A stretch of DNA of 64,000 nucleotides from an uncultured Phocaeicola sp. (GTDB lineage: Bacteria > Bacteroidota > Bacteroidia > Bacteroidales > Bacteroidaceae): assembly GCA_944320845.1 (NCBI GenBank), contig CALUJA010000015.1, positions 532 through 64,531 of the forward strand, read 5' to 3'. Of the stretch, positions 19,267 to 28,090 are shown piece after piece. The first letter of the stretch is position 1, and every line of letters starts with the position of its first letter. The notes beneath the pieces are model-generated. The model did no database searches. It saw nothing but the letters and a program-made list of their open reading frames with translations, and was not told the DNA's origin. Made by a program: the position numbers and the translations under genes.

Positions 19267-20466
19267 TCAGACCTTCGTGCATTTTATCAAGACCCGGCGG
19301 CCGTCGTTCAAGGTGGTGGCAAAGATATAGACATCGCCTCCCTCTTTCAGCTTCAGCTTCTTCCGCAGTTCCGCTACGGAGGAAGGAAAGTTTCGGACAG
19401 TAAGATTCGCCTTTTCCACCGCGGACAAAAAAGTTTTTGACTCTTTCTTGCCGAAGCCCGACACGGCATCCACCCGGAAGCGCCTGCCGGGAAAGTCCAC
19501 TTTCTCTTCGGATGTATACAGATGACTGTTGGGATGGAGCTTCCTTACGCCGCAGCGCGAAGCGAGCAGACGATAGGCTCCCGCCTTTAGCAGCGAGGCC
19601 CCGGGCTCGTAAAGATACAGCCCAACGCTGTCCGCCATCGGACAATCGGCAGCCCGCTCCTCGGAATAAGTAAAGGAAAGACTTTGTGAAAGGCCGTCGT
19701 CTGTCAGCTGGACGCAGGTGATGATGGCTTCTCCCGCCTCCCGCTCCGCCTCATCCGGCTGTCTGCGCAAGACGAGCAGCAGCTCTTTGCACTCGCCGCC
19801 CGCCGCTATCACGTGGATGCGGCGCACGCAGGTCAGGTCGCGCAGCGCGGAAGCGATGTCAAGCATCGGCGAAAGCTTTATCATGACCGTCCGCCCCTTC
19901 TCTACCAACAGCGGTTCGAGGGCACAGATATCCGGTTCGCAATCGGCAATCGCCACCGTTTTCCCGCCGTGCCCGTCGCGCCTTGCAGGGTCAAGAAACA
20001 GGCAGTCCACCGGCTCCATCTGCTCTAAATAGGCCAAAGCGTCCGCGCAATGGATACGGACATGCCCCAGTCCCAGCAAAGGGAAATTATGAGCGGCCAA
20101 CCGGCAAAGCTCCTCCTGACGCTCCACATAGTCCGCCTGACGGAAACGCCGGGCGATAAAAGAAAAATCCACTCCGAAGCCAGCCGTCAGGTCGGCAAAC
20201 GAGTCGCCTTCCGCCAGCGATGCCTTATAACGGGCCGTAAGCTCCGACGAACACTGCTCCATCGAAAGGTGCTTCGGATAAAAGAGTCCGGGCACATCCG
20301 CCCACGACGGTATCTTCTTCCGCGCAATCTGCCATCCGGCAATCTGCACGACCGCTTCCGGCATGTCTACGCCGGGATACTTTCCCGCCTGCAATGCCAA
20401 TGCACGCACATCTTCACCGCGATGCGCCTCGACAAACCTCCGGGTCTCTTCCGACAGCTCCTTCAT
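19267..20466 (-). CDS. Class I SAM-dependent methyltransferase with C-terminal THUMP-like domain
   Basis: DLTAGFGVD motif I, FLDPARR motif IV, YLYEPGASLLKAG. Confidence 0.88.
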   Translation of the reverse strand: MKELSEETRRFVEAHRGEDVRALALQAGKYPGVDMPEAVVQIAGWQIARKKIPSWADVPGLFYPKHLSMEQCSSELTARYKASLAEGDSFADLTAGFGVDFSFIARRFRQADYVERQEELCRLAAHNFPLLGLGHVRIHCADALAYLEQMEPVDCLFLDPARRDGHGGKTVAIADCEPDICALEPLLVEKGRTVMIKLSPMLDIASALRDLTCVRRIHVIAAGGECKELLLVLRRQPDEAEREAGEAIITCVQLTDDGLSQSLSFTYSEERAADCPMADSVGLYLYEPGASLLKAGAYRLLASRCGVRKLHPNSHLYTSEEKVDFPGRRFRVDAVSGFGKKESKTFLSAVEKANLTVRNFPSSVAELRKKLKLKEGGDVYIFATTLNDGRRVLIKCTKV

Positions 20467-20491
20467 CCGCCCTCCTTTTATGCGTGCATAA

Positions 20492-21784
20492 TCACAGACA
20501 ATCCGGCAGCCGGTTCAGCTTCATGCCGTTCGAGCCTTTCACCAGAATCAGGAAGCCCTCCGGTTTCGCCCGACGAAACGCGTCCATCACTTCGTCCACA
20601 TCCCGGTATTGCTCGAACCTATGGTTGACTGCCGCAAACTCGCCGCCCACCAGGCAGACTCTTTCGAAGCCGTATCCGGCAAGCAAATCCACTATCCTCT
20701 GATGCTCCTCCCGGCTGGATGCGCCCAGCTCCCTCATATCGCCCAAGACTACCATCTTATGGCCGGACGGCATCTGCCGGAAATTCTCTAACGCCGCCGC
20801 CATGCTCGTGGGATTGGCATTGTAGGCATCGACAATCAGTTCGTTGGATGCGGTCTTGACCAGCTGCGAACGGCTGTTCTGGGGCACATAACCGGCAATC
20901 GCCTCGGATATCAACGCGTCGTCAACCCCGAAATAACGCCCCACGGCCACCGCTGCAAGCGCATTGTCCAGATTGTATGAGCCGACCAGACGGGTCGTTA
21001 CCTCGTGCGATTCGCCCGCAGCCTCCCAGCAAAACTTCAGATAAGGCGAGCAGTCCAGCATCCGGCCGCTTACAAACAGCCCCGGTGTCTGTCCGTATCG
21101 CACGCAGGTCAAGTCATGGGCGATGCGGTTCAGATAGGGATTTTCATTTTGAATGAATATCGTGGCATTTCCCCGCCCGCGCAAATAGTCGTAAAGCTCG
21201 CCTTTCGTGCGGATGACCCCTTCGAAAGAGCCGAATCCCTGAAGATGCGCCTTGCCCACATTGGTGATAATGCCATAATCAGGCTCGGCAATCTCCACCA
21301 GCTCGCGGATATCGCCCGGATGGCTGGCGCCCATCTCCACGACGGCCAGTTCGTGTTCCGGCTTCAGACGGAGTAACGTGAGCGGCACACCGATGGAATT
21401 GTTCAGATTCCCCTGTGTATAGAGCAGATTGAAGCGTCTTTTCAAGACCTCGGCCATCAGTTCCTTGGTGGTTGTCTTGCCGTTTGTCCCCGTAATGCCG
21501 ATGATGCGGGTCTTCAGCCGCCGCCGGTGGCAGTTCGCCAGGCGTTGCAGTGACCGCAGACAGTCGTCCACCAGCAATATCCTCGGATTTCCGGTTCCGG
21601 CATACGCAGGCTCGTCCACCACCGCATACCGGCATCCCTTCCGCAAAGCCTCTTCCGCGAAAGCGTTGCCATTGAAGTTTTCCCCTTTCAAGGCGATGAA
21701 CATCGAGTTTTCCGGGCAGTTCCGGCTGTCGGTCGTTATCCCGCCACATTCCAGAAAGTAATCATACAAAGCAGACAATTCCAT
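20492..21784 (-). CDS. murF: UDP-MurNAc-tripeptide D-Ala-D-Ala ligase
   Basis: GITGTNGKTTTKE, DAYNANPTSM, LGDMRELG; start set at MELSALY (21784). Confidence 0.97.
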   Translation of the reverse strand: MELSALYDYFLECGGITTDSRNCPENSMFIALKGENFNGNAFAEEALRKGCRYAVVDEPAYAGTGNPRILLVDDCLRSLQRLANCHRRRLKTRIIGITGTNGKTTTKELMAEVLKRRFNLLYTQGNLNNSIGVPLTLLRLKPEHELAVVEMGASHPGDIRELVEIAEPDYGIITNVGKAHLQGFGSFEGVIRTKGELYDYLRGRGNATIFIQNENPYLNRIAHDLTCVRYGQTPGLFVSGRMLDCSPYLKFCWEAAGESHEVTTRLVGSYNLDNALAAVAVGRYFGVDDALISEAIAGYVPQNSRSQLVKTASNELIVDAYNANPTSMAAALENFRQMPSGHKMVVLGDMRELGASSREEHQRIVDLLAGYGFERVCLVGGEFAAVNHRFEQYRDVDEVMDAFRRAKPEGFLILVKGSNGMKLNRLPDCL

Positions 21785-21806
21785 CTTATTCTCGTTTAAT
21801 CCTATA

Positions 21807-21866
21807 CAAAGATAATTGAAAAATGGTTTGGAAACAGCAAAAAATGAATTATTGTACGTACATTTG
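21807..21866. promoter_or_regulatory. Divergent -7 boxes for murF (21807-21814, -) and folP (21859-21866, +)
   Basis: TATCTTTG and TACATTTG. Confidence 0.7.
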
Positions 21867-21895
21867 CACCATAAAGACGACAGGGCAGTATAATA

Positions 21896-22756
21896 ATGGA
21901 ACAGACATTCGCCAAATATATCAATGTAAACGGACAACTGATGGACTTGTCTTATCCGAGGGTGATGGGGATACTGAACATCACGCCGGATTCTTTTTAT
22001 GCAGGCAGCCGCATGCAGACGGAAACGGAGATTGTGCAGCGCGCCGTCCGGATTGTCCGCGAGGGAGGAAGCATTATCGATGTGGGAGCCTACTCTTCGC
22101 GCCCGAACGCTGAGCACATCTCCCCGCAGGAAGAGATGGAACGCCTGCGCAAAGGACTGCGGGCCATACGCCGCGAACTGCCGGACGCCGTAATCTCTGT
22201 CGATACATTCCGGGCGGATGTGGCCCGCATGTGCGTGGAAGAATACGGAACAGGCATCATCAACGACATTTCAGCAGGCAATATGGATGAAAACATGTTT
22301 CCTACCATCGCCCGGTTGGGAGTCCCCTACGTGATGATGCACATGCAAGGCACCCCGCAAGACATGCAGCTCCACCCGCACTACGGGAATATCGTGAAAG
22401 AGGTGCTGTATTATTTTTCCGAGAAAGTGCAGAAGCTGCGCGACATGGGGGCCAAAGACCTGATTATCGACCCCGGTTTCGGATTCGGGAAGACACTGGA
22501 GCACAATTATGAACTGCTGAACAAGATGGAAGAGCTGCAGATATTCGAACTTCCCGTGTTGGTAGGCGTGTCGCGCAAGTCGATGATTTACAAACTGCTT
22601 GACAAAACGCCCGATACGGCCCTGAACGGGACGAGCATTGTCCATGCCATCGCCCTGATGAAAGGAGCCGACATCCTGCGCGTGCATGACGTAAAGGCCG
22701 CGACAGAAGCCATACGGATTGTAGCCGCCATGAAAAACCTAAAACCTGAAGAATAA
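21896..22756 (+). CDS. folP: Dihydropteroate synthase
   Basis: MGILNITPDSF, DPGFGFGK, VSRKS, RVHDV. Confidence 0.97.
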   Translation: MEQTFAKYINVNGQLMDLSYPRVMGILNITPDSFYAGSRMQTETEIVQRAVRIVREGGSIIDVGAYSSRPNAEHISPQEEMERLRKGLRAIRRELPDAVISVDTFRADVARMCVEEYGTGIINDISAGNMDENMFPTIARLGVPYVMMHMQGTPQDMQLHPHYGNIVKEVLYYFSEKVQKLRDMGAKDLIIDPGFGFGKTLEHNYELLNKMEELQIFELPVLVGVSRKSMIYKLLDKTPDTALNGTSIVHAIALMKGADILRVHDVKAATEAIRIVAAMKNLKPEE

Positions 22757-22767
22757 AAACCACGATT

Positions 22768-23541
22768 ATGCCTTTCGATATTCATATACTGACGCTGAAG
22801 GATATCCTGGATATCCTGCTGGTCGCATTTCTGCTCTACAAAACCTACAAGCTGATGAAGTCATCCGGCTCCATCAACATATTCACCGGAATTTTGGTAT
22901 TTATCATCATCTGGGTTATCGTGTCGCAAGTCTTGCAGATGCGCCTGCTGGGCTCGATTTTCGACAAGTTGGTAAGTGTGGGAGTCATTGCCATCATCGT
23001 CTTGTTCCAGGAGGAAATCCGCCGCTTTCTGCTTACACTCGGCTCGCGCCACCACAGCAGCAGCTGGCTCCGGTTCTTGCGAGGGAACAAGAAGACCGAG
23101 ACCAACAAGGAGGATATCATGCCCATCGTCATGGCTTGCCTGAGCATGAGCAAGGGAAAGGTAGGGGCATTGATTGTGATGGAAAAGAATTTCCCGCTGG
23201 ATGACATTGTGCGAACGGGCGATGTGATAGATGCCAATGTTAACCAGCGCCTGATTGAAAACATTTTCTTCAAGAACAGCCCCCTGCACGACGGGGCCAT
23301 GATTATCAGCAACAAGCGCATAAAGGCGGCCGGATGCATTCTGCCGGTATCCCACAACCTGGATATCCCAAAAGAACTGGGACTAAGACACCGGGCTGCC
23401 TTAGGCATCTCGCAGGAGACCGATGCCATGGCCATCATCGTATCCGAAGAAACGGGAGGCATATCAATAGCCTATCACGGGCAGTTTTATCTGAAACTGA
23501 GTGCGGAGGAACTGGAACGCATGCTGACCGCCGACAACTGA
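22768..23541 (+). CDS. cdaA: Diadenylate cyclase (CdaA/DacA, TIGR00159-type)
   Basis: 3 N-terminal TM helices, PLHDGA and LGLRHRAA DAC motifs. Confidence 0.95.
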   Translation: MPFDIHILTLKDILDILLVAFLLYKTYKLMKSSGSINIFTGILVFIIIWVIVSQVLQMRLLGSIFDKLVSVGVIAIIVLFQEEIRRFLLTLGSRHHSSSWLRFLRGNKKTETNKEDIMPIVMACLSMSKGKVGALIVMEKNFPLDDIVRTGDVIDANVNQRLIENIFFKNSPLHDGAMIISNKRIKAAGCILPVSHNLDIPKELGLRHRAALGISQETDAMAIIVSEETGGISIAYHGQFYLKLSAEELERMLTADN

Positions 23542-23791
23542 CCGCCGCAACGAAGCCGAACCTTTTTCTTTACACATGCGCCGCGCACACATACGCACCG
23601 CACAGCGCCATGACAGCCGCAGTTTTCCGGCGAAGCCTCATCATAATACATTTATAAAATATAAGACCGGCCGAACCCGTAAGACAACCTAAACCTCACG
23701 GCGGAATAAAAGAAGAACAAGATGCCGGCCGCCTCTTCCACCCGTACATTCCGCCCGCGAACGCAACATGCGGCAGGATTCTGATTCAAGC

Positions 23792-23923
23792 TGTTCATAA
23801 ACATGGCGGGAATATTCTTTCGGGGAGACTTATCAACACATTTATTTTACTGATTGCCAAACCAATATTGAGTTATCAACCGAAAAGAAGAAAGCTGTTA
23901 ATAACTTTTCAACCTGTTGATAA
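23792..23923. promoter_or_regulatory. Cluster of six DnaA-box-like 9-mers
   Basis: TTATGAACA(-,23792), TTATCAACA(+,23830), TTATCAACC(+,23873), TTATTAACA(-,23896), TTTTCAACC(+,23906), TTATCAACA(-,23915). Confidence 0.65.
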
Positions 23924-23971
23924 CTTGATTTCTCATCAGGCTTCCGGCTTTTTCCCCCTCATACGGGGCTG

Positions 23972-24003
23972 CAAAGATACAACTTTTTCCGGAAAGACCA
24001 CAA
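23972..24003 (-). promoter_or_regulatory. Orphan sigmaA promoter firing leftward into a non-coding region
   Basis: Minus strand TTG-N21-TATCTTTGCA; only 8- and 12-codon ORFs seen just downstream and no ORF-track minus ORF before the cdaA stop. Confidence 0.7.
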
Positions 24004-24034
24004 TGATGCCTCAATTCTGCCCCGCAATATTTTT

Positions 24035-24151
24035 TGTTTTTCACATTCCCGGCAAAGGTTTTTCCATTGCCTCCCAGATTTTTTCTAAGGAGAAAAATCA
24101 GTTTTCTCAGGAGGAAAAACTTTTTTCACGAGGGCATGCGATTCTTCTTTC
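24035..24151. repeat. Intergenic array copy with 21-bp period
   Basis: TTTTC ends at 24042, 24064, 24085, 24106, 24127. Confidence 0.7.
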
Positions 24152-24179
24152 CAGCAAGAAATCAAGCCGGTAACCGACT

Positions 24180-24875
24180 TCAATACAGTCCCAACAGATG
24201 CAGGATGGTGGGCGACAGCAGTGCTGTGAGGATTCCATTGAGGGTCAGTCCCAGGCTGGCATAGGCCCCGTACTTCCCGCTTACCTCCATCGCGCGCGAT
24301 GTCCCTACGGCATGACTGGCCGTCCCCATCGAAAGTCCCTGGGCTATGGGGCTGCCTACGTGTCCCACCTGAAGAACCTTGAATCCGCATATCGCGCCAA
24401 ACAGCCCGACCACTATCACAACCGCCGCCGTCAAAGACGGAATGCCGCCCACGGCATTGGACACTTCCATCGCTATGGGGGTGGTTACAGATTTCGGAGC
24501 CAGCGACATGACCACTTCGGGCGAAGCTCCCAGAATTTTCGCTATGACCGCCACCGAAACAAGTCCGACAATACACCCTGCCAGCTGAGAGACAAGGATG
24601 GGCATCCACTGCTTACGAATCATACGCAACTGCAAATACAGGGGAACGCCCAGTGCCACCACCGCCGGCTTCAGCCAAAACTCCACCAACGAACCGGCCT
24701 CGGAGTATTTCTCATAAGAAACGCCGGAAAACTTCAGGAAACAAATCAACAGGGCTATGGCCACCAGAATAGGATTCAGCAACAGCGAACCCGTCTTCCT
24801 CTGCAAAAGCTTCGAAAGGAAAAAGAATCCGAACGTAATGGCCAGCAAAAAAAACTTATTTTCTAAAAACTCCAT
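24180..24875 (-). CDS. lrgB: LrgB family membrane protein
   Basis: PAVVALGVPLY, SLAPKSVTTPIA, SHAVGT motifs. Confidence 0.95.
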   Translation of the reverse strand: MEFLENKFFLLAITFGFFFLSKLLQRKTGSLLLNPILVAIALLICFLKFSGVSYEKYSEAGSLVEFWLKPAVVALGVPLYLQLRMIRKQWMPILVSQLAGCIVGLVSVAVIAKILGASPEVVMSLAPKSVTTPIAMEVSNAVGGIPSLTAAVVIVVGLFGAICGFKVLQVGHVGSPIAQGLSMGTASHAVGTSRAMEVSGKYGAYASLGLTLNGILTALLSPTILHLLGLY

Positions 24876-25206
24876 ATTTACGAACCAATTGATGAACCCA
24901 TCCTGTCACGACCAGCACCAGGATTGTGCTGAGCAGCGTGGCTATAACTATCGGCCAAAACTGTGCCTGAATAATATCAAAATAGAGCATGAGCGCGACT
25001 CCCGACGGTACGAAAAAGAACCCAAGATTGGCGACAAGGAAATTAGTCAATCCTTGTACCCACTCGAGCTTTATCCAGCCCAACTGCAAGAAAAGAGTAA
25101 GCAGCAACATCCCGATAATACTGGACGGCAATCTGACTCCCGTCAGGGAAACAACCAGTTCGCCCAACGCTAAACATCCGAAAAGGATGGAACACTGACG
25201 TATCAT
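24856..25206 (-). CDS. lrgA: CidA/LrgA family membrane protein
   Basis: PSSIIGMLLL, FFFVPSGV; overlaps lrgB; -7 box at 25235-25242. Confidence 0.93.
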   Translation of the reverse strand: MIRQCSILFGCLALGELVVSLTGVRLPSSIIGMLLLTLFLQLGWIKLEWVQGLTNFLVANLGFFFVPSGVALMLYFDIIQAQFWPIVIATLLSTILVLVVTGWVHQLVRKYGVFRK

Positions 25207-25438
25207 ATAATCTAACACTTATTGAAAACCGGCGCAAAGTTAGGCATAAACCGCAAACCGGAAGCAAATCCTTTGTCTTTTTACAAACCCTGCCTTTAAA
25301 CATACGGTTTTTGCATACTTTAAACCAAAAAAAATCCGTTTTTGCCAACCTGATATTACAAAAATGCCTACTTTTGCATTGCGACAAAAACGGTTTGCCG
25401 CCGATAATAACGAACACAACTTTAATCAATATACCATC

Positions 25439-26452
25439 ATGGATCTAATTAGTCAAATCGTTGAACGCGCAAAAGCGAATAAACAGCGCATCGTACTTCC
25501 GGAAGGAACCGAAGAACGTACCTTGAAAGCCGCCAACCAAATCTTGACAGACGGCGTAGCAGACCTGATTCTCTTGGGCAAGCCAGACGAAATCATGGCT
25601 CTTGCCAAAGAGTGGGGATTGGGAAACATCCATAAGGCCACCATCATAGACCCCGAAACAAATCCGAAAAAAGAAGAATATGCCCAACTGCTGTGCGAAC
25701 TCCGCAAGAAAAAAGGCATGACCATCGAGGAAGCACGCGAGCTGGTGCTGAACCCGCTATATTTAGGCTGTCTTATCATCAAGTCTGGCGATGCCGACGG
25801 ACAGTTGGCCGGCGCCCGCAACACAACGGGCGATGTGCTTCGTCCGGCTTTGCAGATTATCAAGACCGCTCCGGGCATTACCTGCGTATCGGGAGCCATG
25901 CTGATGCTGACACATGCTCCTGAATGCGGCGACAACGGCGTGTTGGTAATGGGAGACGTTGCCGTCACTCCGGTGCCGGATGCCAGCCAGCTGGCCCAGA
26001 TTGCCGTATGCACCGCACGTACCGCCCAGGCCGTTGCCGGCCTTGACCCGCGGGTAGCCATGTTGAGCTTCTCAACGAAAGGCTCTGCAAAGCATGAAGT
26101 GGTAGACAAGGTAGTGGAAGCCTTGAAGATTGCCAAAGAACTGGCTCCCGATTTAAAGATTGACGGCGAAATGCAAGCGGATGCCGCTCTCGTTCCGAGA
26201 ATCGGCGCAAGCAAAGCACCGGGGTCAGAAATCGCCGGAAAGGCCAACGTACTGGTCGTTCCCTGCCTGGAAGTCGGAAACATCTCCTACAAACTGGTGG
26301 AACGCTTGGGACACGCCACTGCCATCGGCCCAATCCTGCAAGGTATTGCCCGTCCGGTAAACGACTTGTCACGCGGATGCTGCATCGATGACGTATACAA
26401 AATGATTGCCATCACAGCCAATCAGGCGATTGCGGCCAAGGCAAACCAGTAA
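25439..26452 (+). CDS. pta: Phosphate acetyltransferase
   Basis: RIVLPEG, SFSTKGS, DGEMQADAA, GNISYK; -7 box TACTTTTG at 25369. Confidence 0.97.
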   Translation: MDLISQIVERAKANKQRIVLPEGTEERTLKAANQILTDGVADLILLGKPDEIMALAKEWGLGNIHKATIIDPETNPKKEEYAQLLCELRKKKGMTIEEARELVLNPLYLGCLIIKSGDADGQLAGARNTTGDVLRPALQIIKTAPGITCVSGAMLMLTHAPECGDNGVLVMGDVAVTPVPDASQLAQIAVCTARTAQAVAGLDPRVAMLSFSTKGSAKHEVVDKVVEALKIAKELAPDLKIDGEMQADAALVPRIGASKAPGSEIAGKANVLVVPCLEVGNISYKLVERLGHATAIGPILQGIARPVNDLSRGCCIDDVYKMIAITANQAIAAKANQ

Positions 26453-26507
26453 AACATAAGGGCGGAAGCCCAACAAACTCCATTTCAAAAAACAAAAACA
26501 CTCGACA

Positions 26508-27710
26508 ATGAAAATATTAGTACTCAATTGCGGCAGTTCATCCATCAAATACAAGTTGTTTGACATGACGACAAAGGCCGTTGTTGCACAGGGGGGACTT
26601 GAAAAGATTGGTCTTCCGGGTTCTTTCCTGAAGGTGACGCTGCCCGACGGCACGAAGAAAATCATCGAAAGAGACATTCAAGAGCATACGGCAGGCGTTC
26701 AGTTAATCTTCGAGACACTTACCCACGCCGAATACGGTGCGGTGAAATCGCTGGATGAAATCGGTGCGGTGGGTCATCGTGTCGTTCACGGAGGAACCAA
26801 GTTCAGCGGCTCGGTGCTGATTGACGACGCCGTAATCGAAACCGTAAAGGAGTGCAGCGACCTTTGTCCGCTTCATAACCCGGCCAACCTGAAGGGCATC
26901 TACGCCGTTCAGAAGCTGCTTCCGAGCGTTCCGCAAGTAGCCGTGTTCGATACGGCCTTTCACCAGACCATGCCCGAACGTGCCTATATGTATGCCATAC
27001 CGTATGAATATTACGAGAAATACGGCATCCGCCGTTATGGCTTCCACGGAACTTCACACCGCTATGTATCAAAACGCGTCTGCGAATTTCTGAACATTCC
27101 GGCAGAAGGGTCTAAAATCATTACCTGCCATATCGGAAACGGCGGCTCCATTGCAGCCGTGAAAGACGGCAAGTGCATCGACACTTCCATGGGCCTGACT
27201 CCGCTGGAAGGACTCGTGATGGGCACCCGTTCAGGGGACATCGACGGCGGCGCCATCCTTTATCTGATGAAAAAGGAAGGACTTACTCCCGACCAGATGT
27301 CGGACATCCTGAACAAGAAAAGCGGCGTATTGGGCATATTCAAGCGCTCAAGCGACATGCGCGAGCTTGAGGCAGCCGCTTCGCAAGGTGAAGCCATCGC
27401 CAAGCTTACGGAAAGCATGTATTTCTACCGCATCACCAAATACATCGGAGCCTACGCCGCCGCAATGGGAGGCGTGGATGTCATTCTTTTCACCGGCGGT
27501 GTGGGAGAAAATCAGGCGACAGCCCGTGCTGCGGCCTGTGAGTCTTTAGGCTATCTCGGAGTAAAAATCGATCCGGAACGCAACAAAGTGCGCGGCGAAG
27601 AGGCCATCATCTCTACCGACGATTCAAAAGTGAAGGTTGTCGTTATCCCGACCGACGAAGAACTGATGATTGCATCGGACACGATGGACATCTTAAAGGG
27701 CAGACAATAA
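26508..27710 (+). CDS. ackA: Acetate kinase
   Basis: VLNCGSSSIKY, GHRVVHGG, DTAFH, CHIGNGGS, IPTDEE. Confidence 0.98.
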   Translation: MKILVLNCGSSSIKYKLFDMTTKAVVAQGGLEKIGLPGSFLKVTLPDGTKKIIERDIQEHTAGVQLIFETLTHAEYGAVKSLDEIGAVGHRVVHGGTKFSGSVLIDDAVIETVKECSDLCPLHNPANLKGIYAVQKLLPSVPQVAVFDTAFHQTMPERAYMYAIPYEYYEKYGIRRYGFHGTSHRYVSKRVCEFLNIPAEGSKIITCHIGNGGSIAAVKDGKCIDTSMGLTPLEGLVMGTRSGDIDGGAILYLMKKEGLTPDQMSDILNKKSGVLGIFKRSSDMRELEAAASQGEAIAKLTESMYFYRITKYIGAYAAAMGGVDVILFTGGVGENQATARAAACESLGYLGVKIDPERNKVRGEEAIISTDDSKVKVVVIPTDEELMIASDTMDILKGRQ

Positions 27711-27782
27711 GAAAATTCAGCTTGCTGTCCGGACTGCCGGGACTGTCTCTGCAGTCCGGAGGCAAAAGCCGGAGGCATACGG

Positions 27783-27823
27783 AAAAAGTGCCGGAGCAAC
27801 CCCCACGGATGCTCCGGCACTTT
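27783..27823. terminator. Bidirectional terminator between ackA and rubredoxin
   Basis: AAAGTGCCGGAGCA..TGCTCCGGCACTTT 14-bp stem. Confidence 0.88.
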
Positions 27824-27845
27824 CGTTATTTCATACGGTCAGAAA

Positions 27846-28010
27846 TTATTCTTCCACAGGTTGAAAATCATCTTTGCCTACGCCACAAACCGGACAAACC
27901 CAATCTTCCGGAAGGTCTTCAAAAGCTGTTCCCGGAGCGATGCCGCCATCCGGATCTCCTACCTCAGGGTCGTAAACCCAATCGCAAACTGTGCAAATGT
28001 ACTTTTTCAT
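27846..28010 (-). CDS. Rubredoxin (54 aa, not in ORF track)
   Basis: Manual translation [54 protein letters not shown]; CxxC...CPxC; own -7 box at 28062-28069. Confidence 0.97.
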   Translation of the reverse strand: MKKYICTVCDWVYDPEVGDPDGGIAPGTAFEDLPEDWVCPVCGVGKDDFQPVEE

Positions 28011-28090
28011 AATCAGTCTTGTTACAAGTTAATATTATTCTCTTTTCTTTTAAAGATAAAACAAAGATAAGGAGATTTTGTTTAACCCAT

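Noticed and set aside
21785-22117. Long N-terminal extensions in the ORF track (murF, also hflX, pta, purB, HTCS, yceD, mlaE)
   Set aside because: The extensions overlap promoters or divergent genes; downstream starts match family N-termini
23640-24003. The active chromosomal origin (oriC)
   Set aside because: Codon/strand bias looks the same on both sides by eye; kept only as a DnaA-box cluster pending a genome-wide skew calculation
24035-24151. CRISPR array (also the other 21-22 bp arrays)
   Set aside because: Units are degenerate with no conserved repeat plus unique spacer structure, the period is too short, and no cas genes are present
23868-24173. 101-aa plus-strand ORF in the cdaA-lrgB gap
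   Set aside because: TTG start, F/K/S-rich translation of the DnaA boxes and 21-bp array, no upstream promoter
27722-28070. ORF-track plus-strand ORFs 27722-28012 and 27861-28070
   Set aside because: Antisense shadows of the rubredoxin gene and terminators
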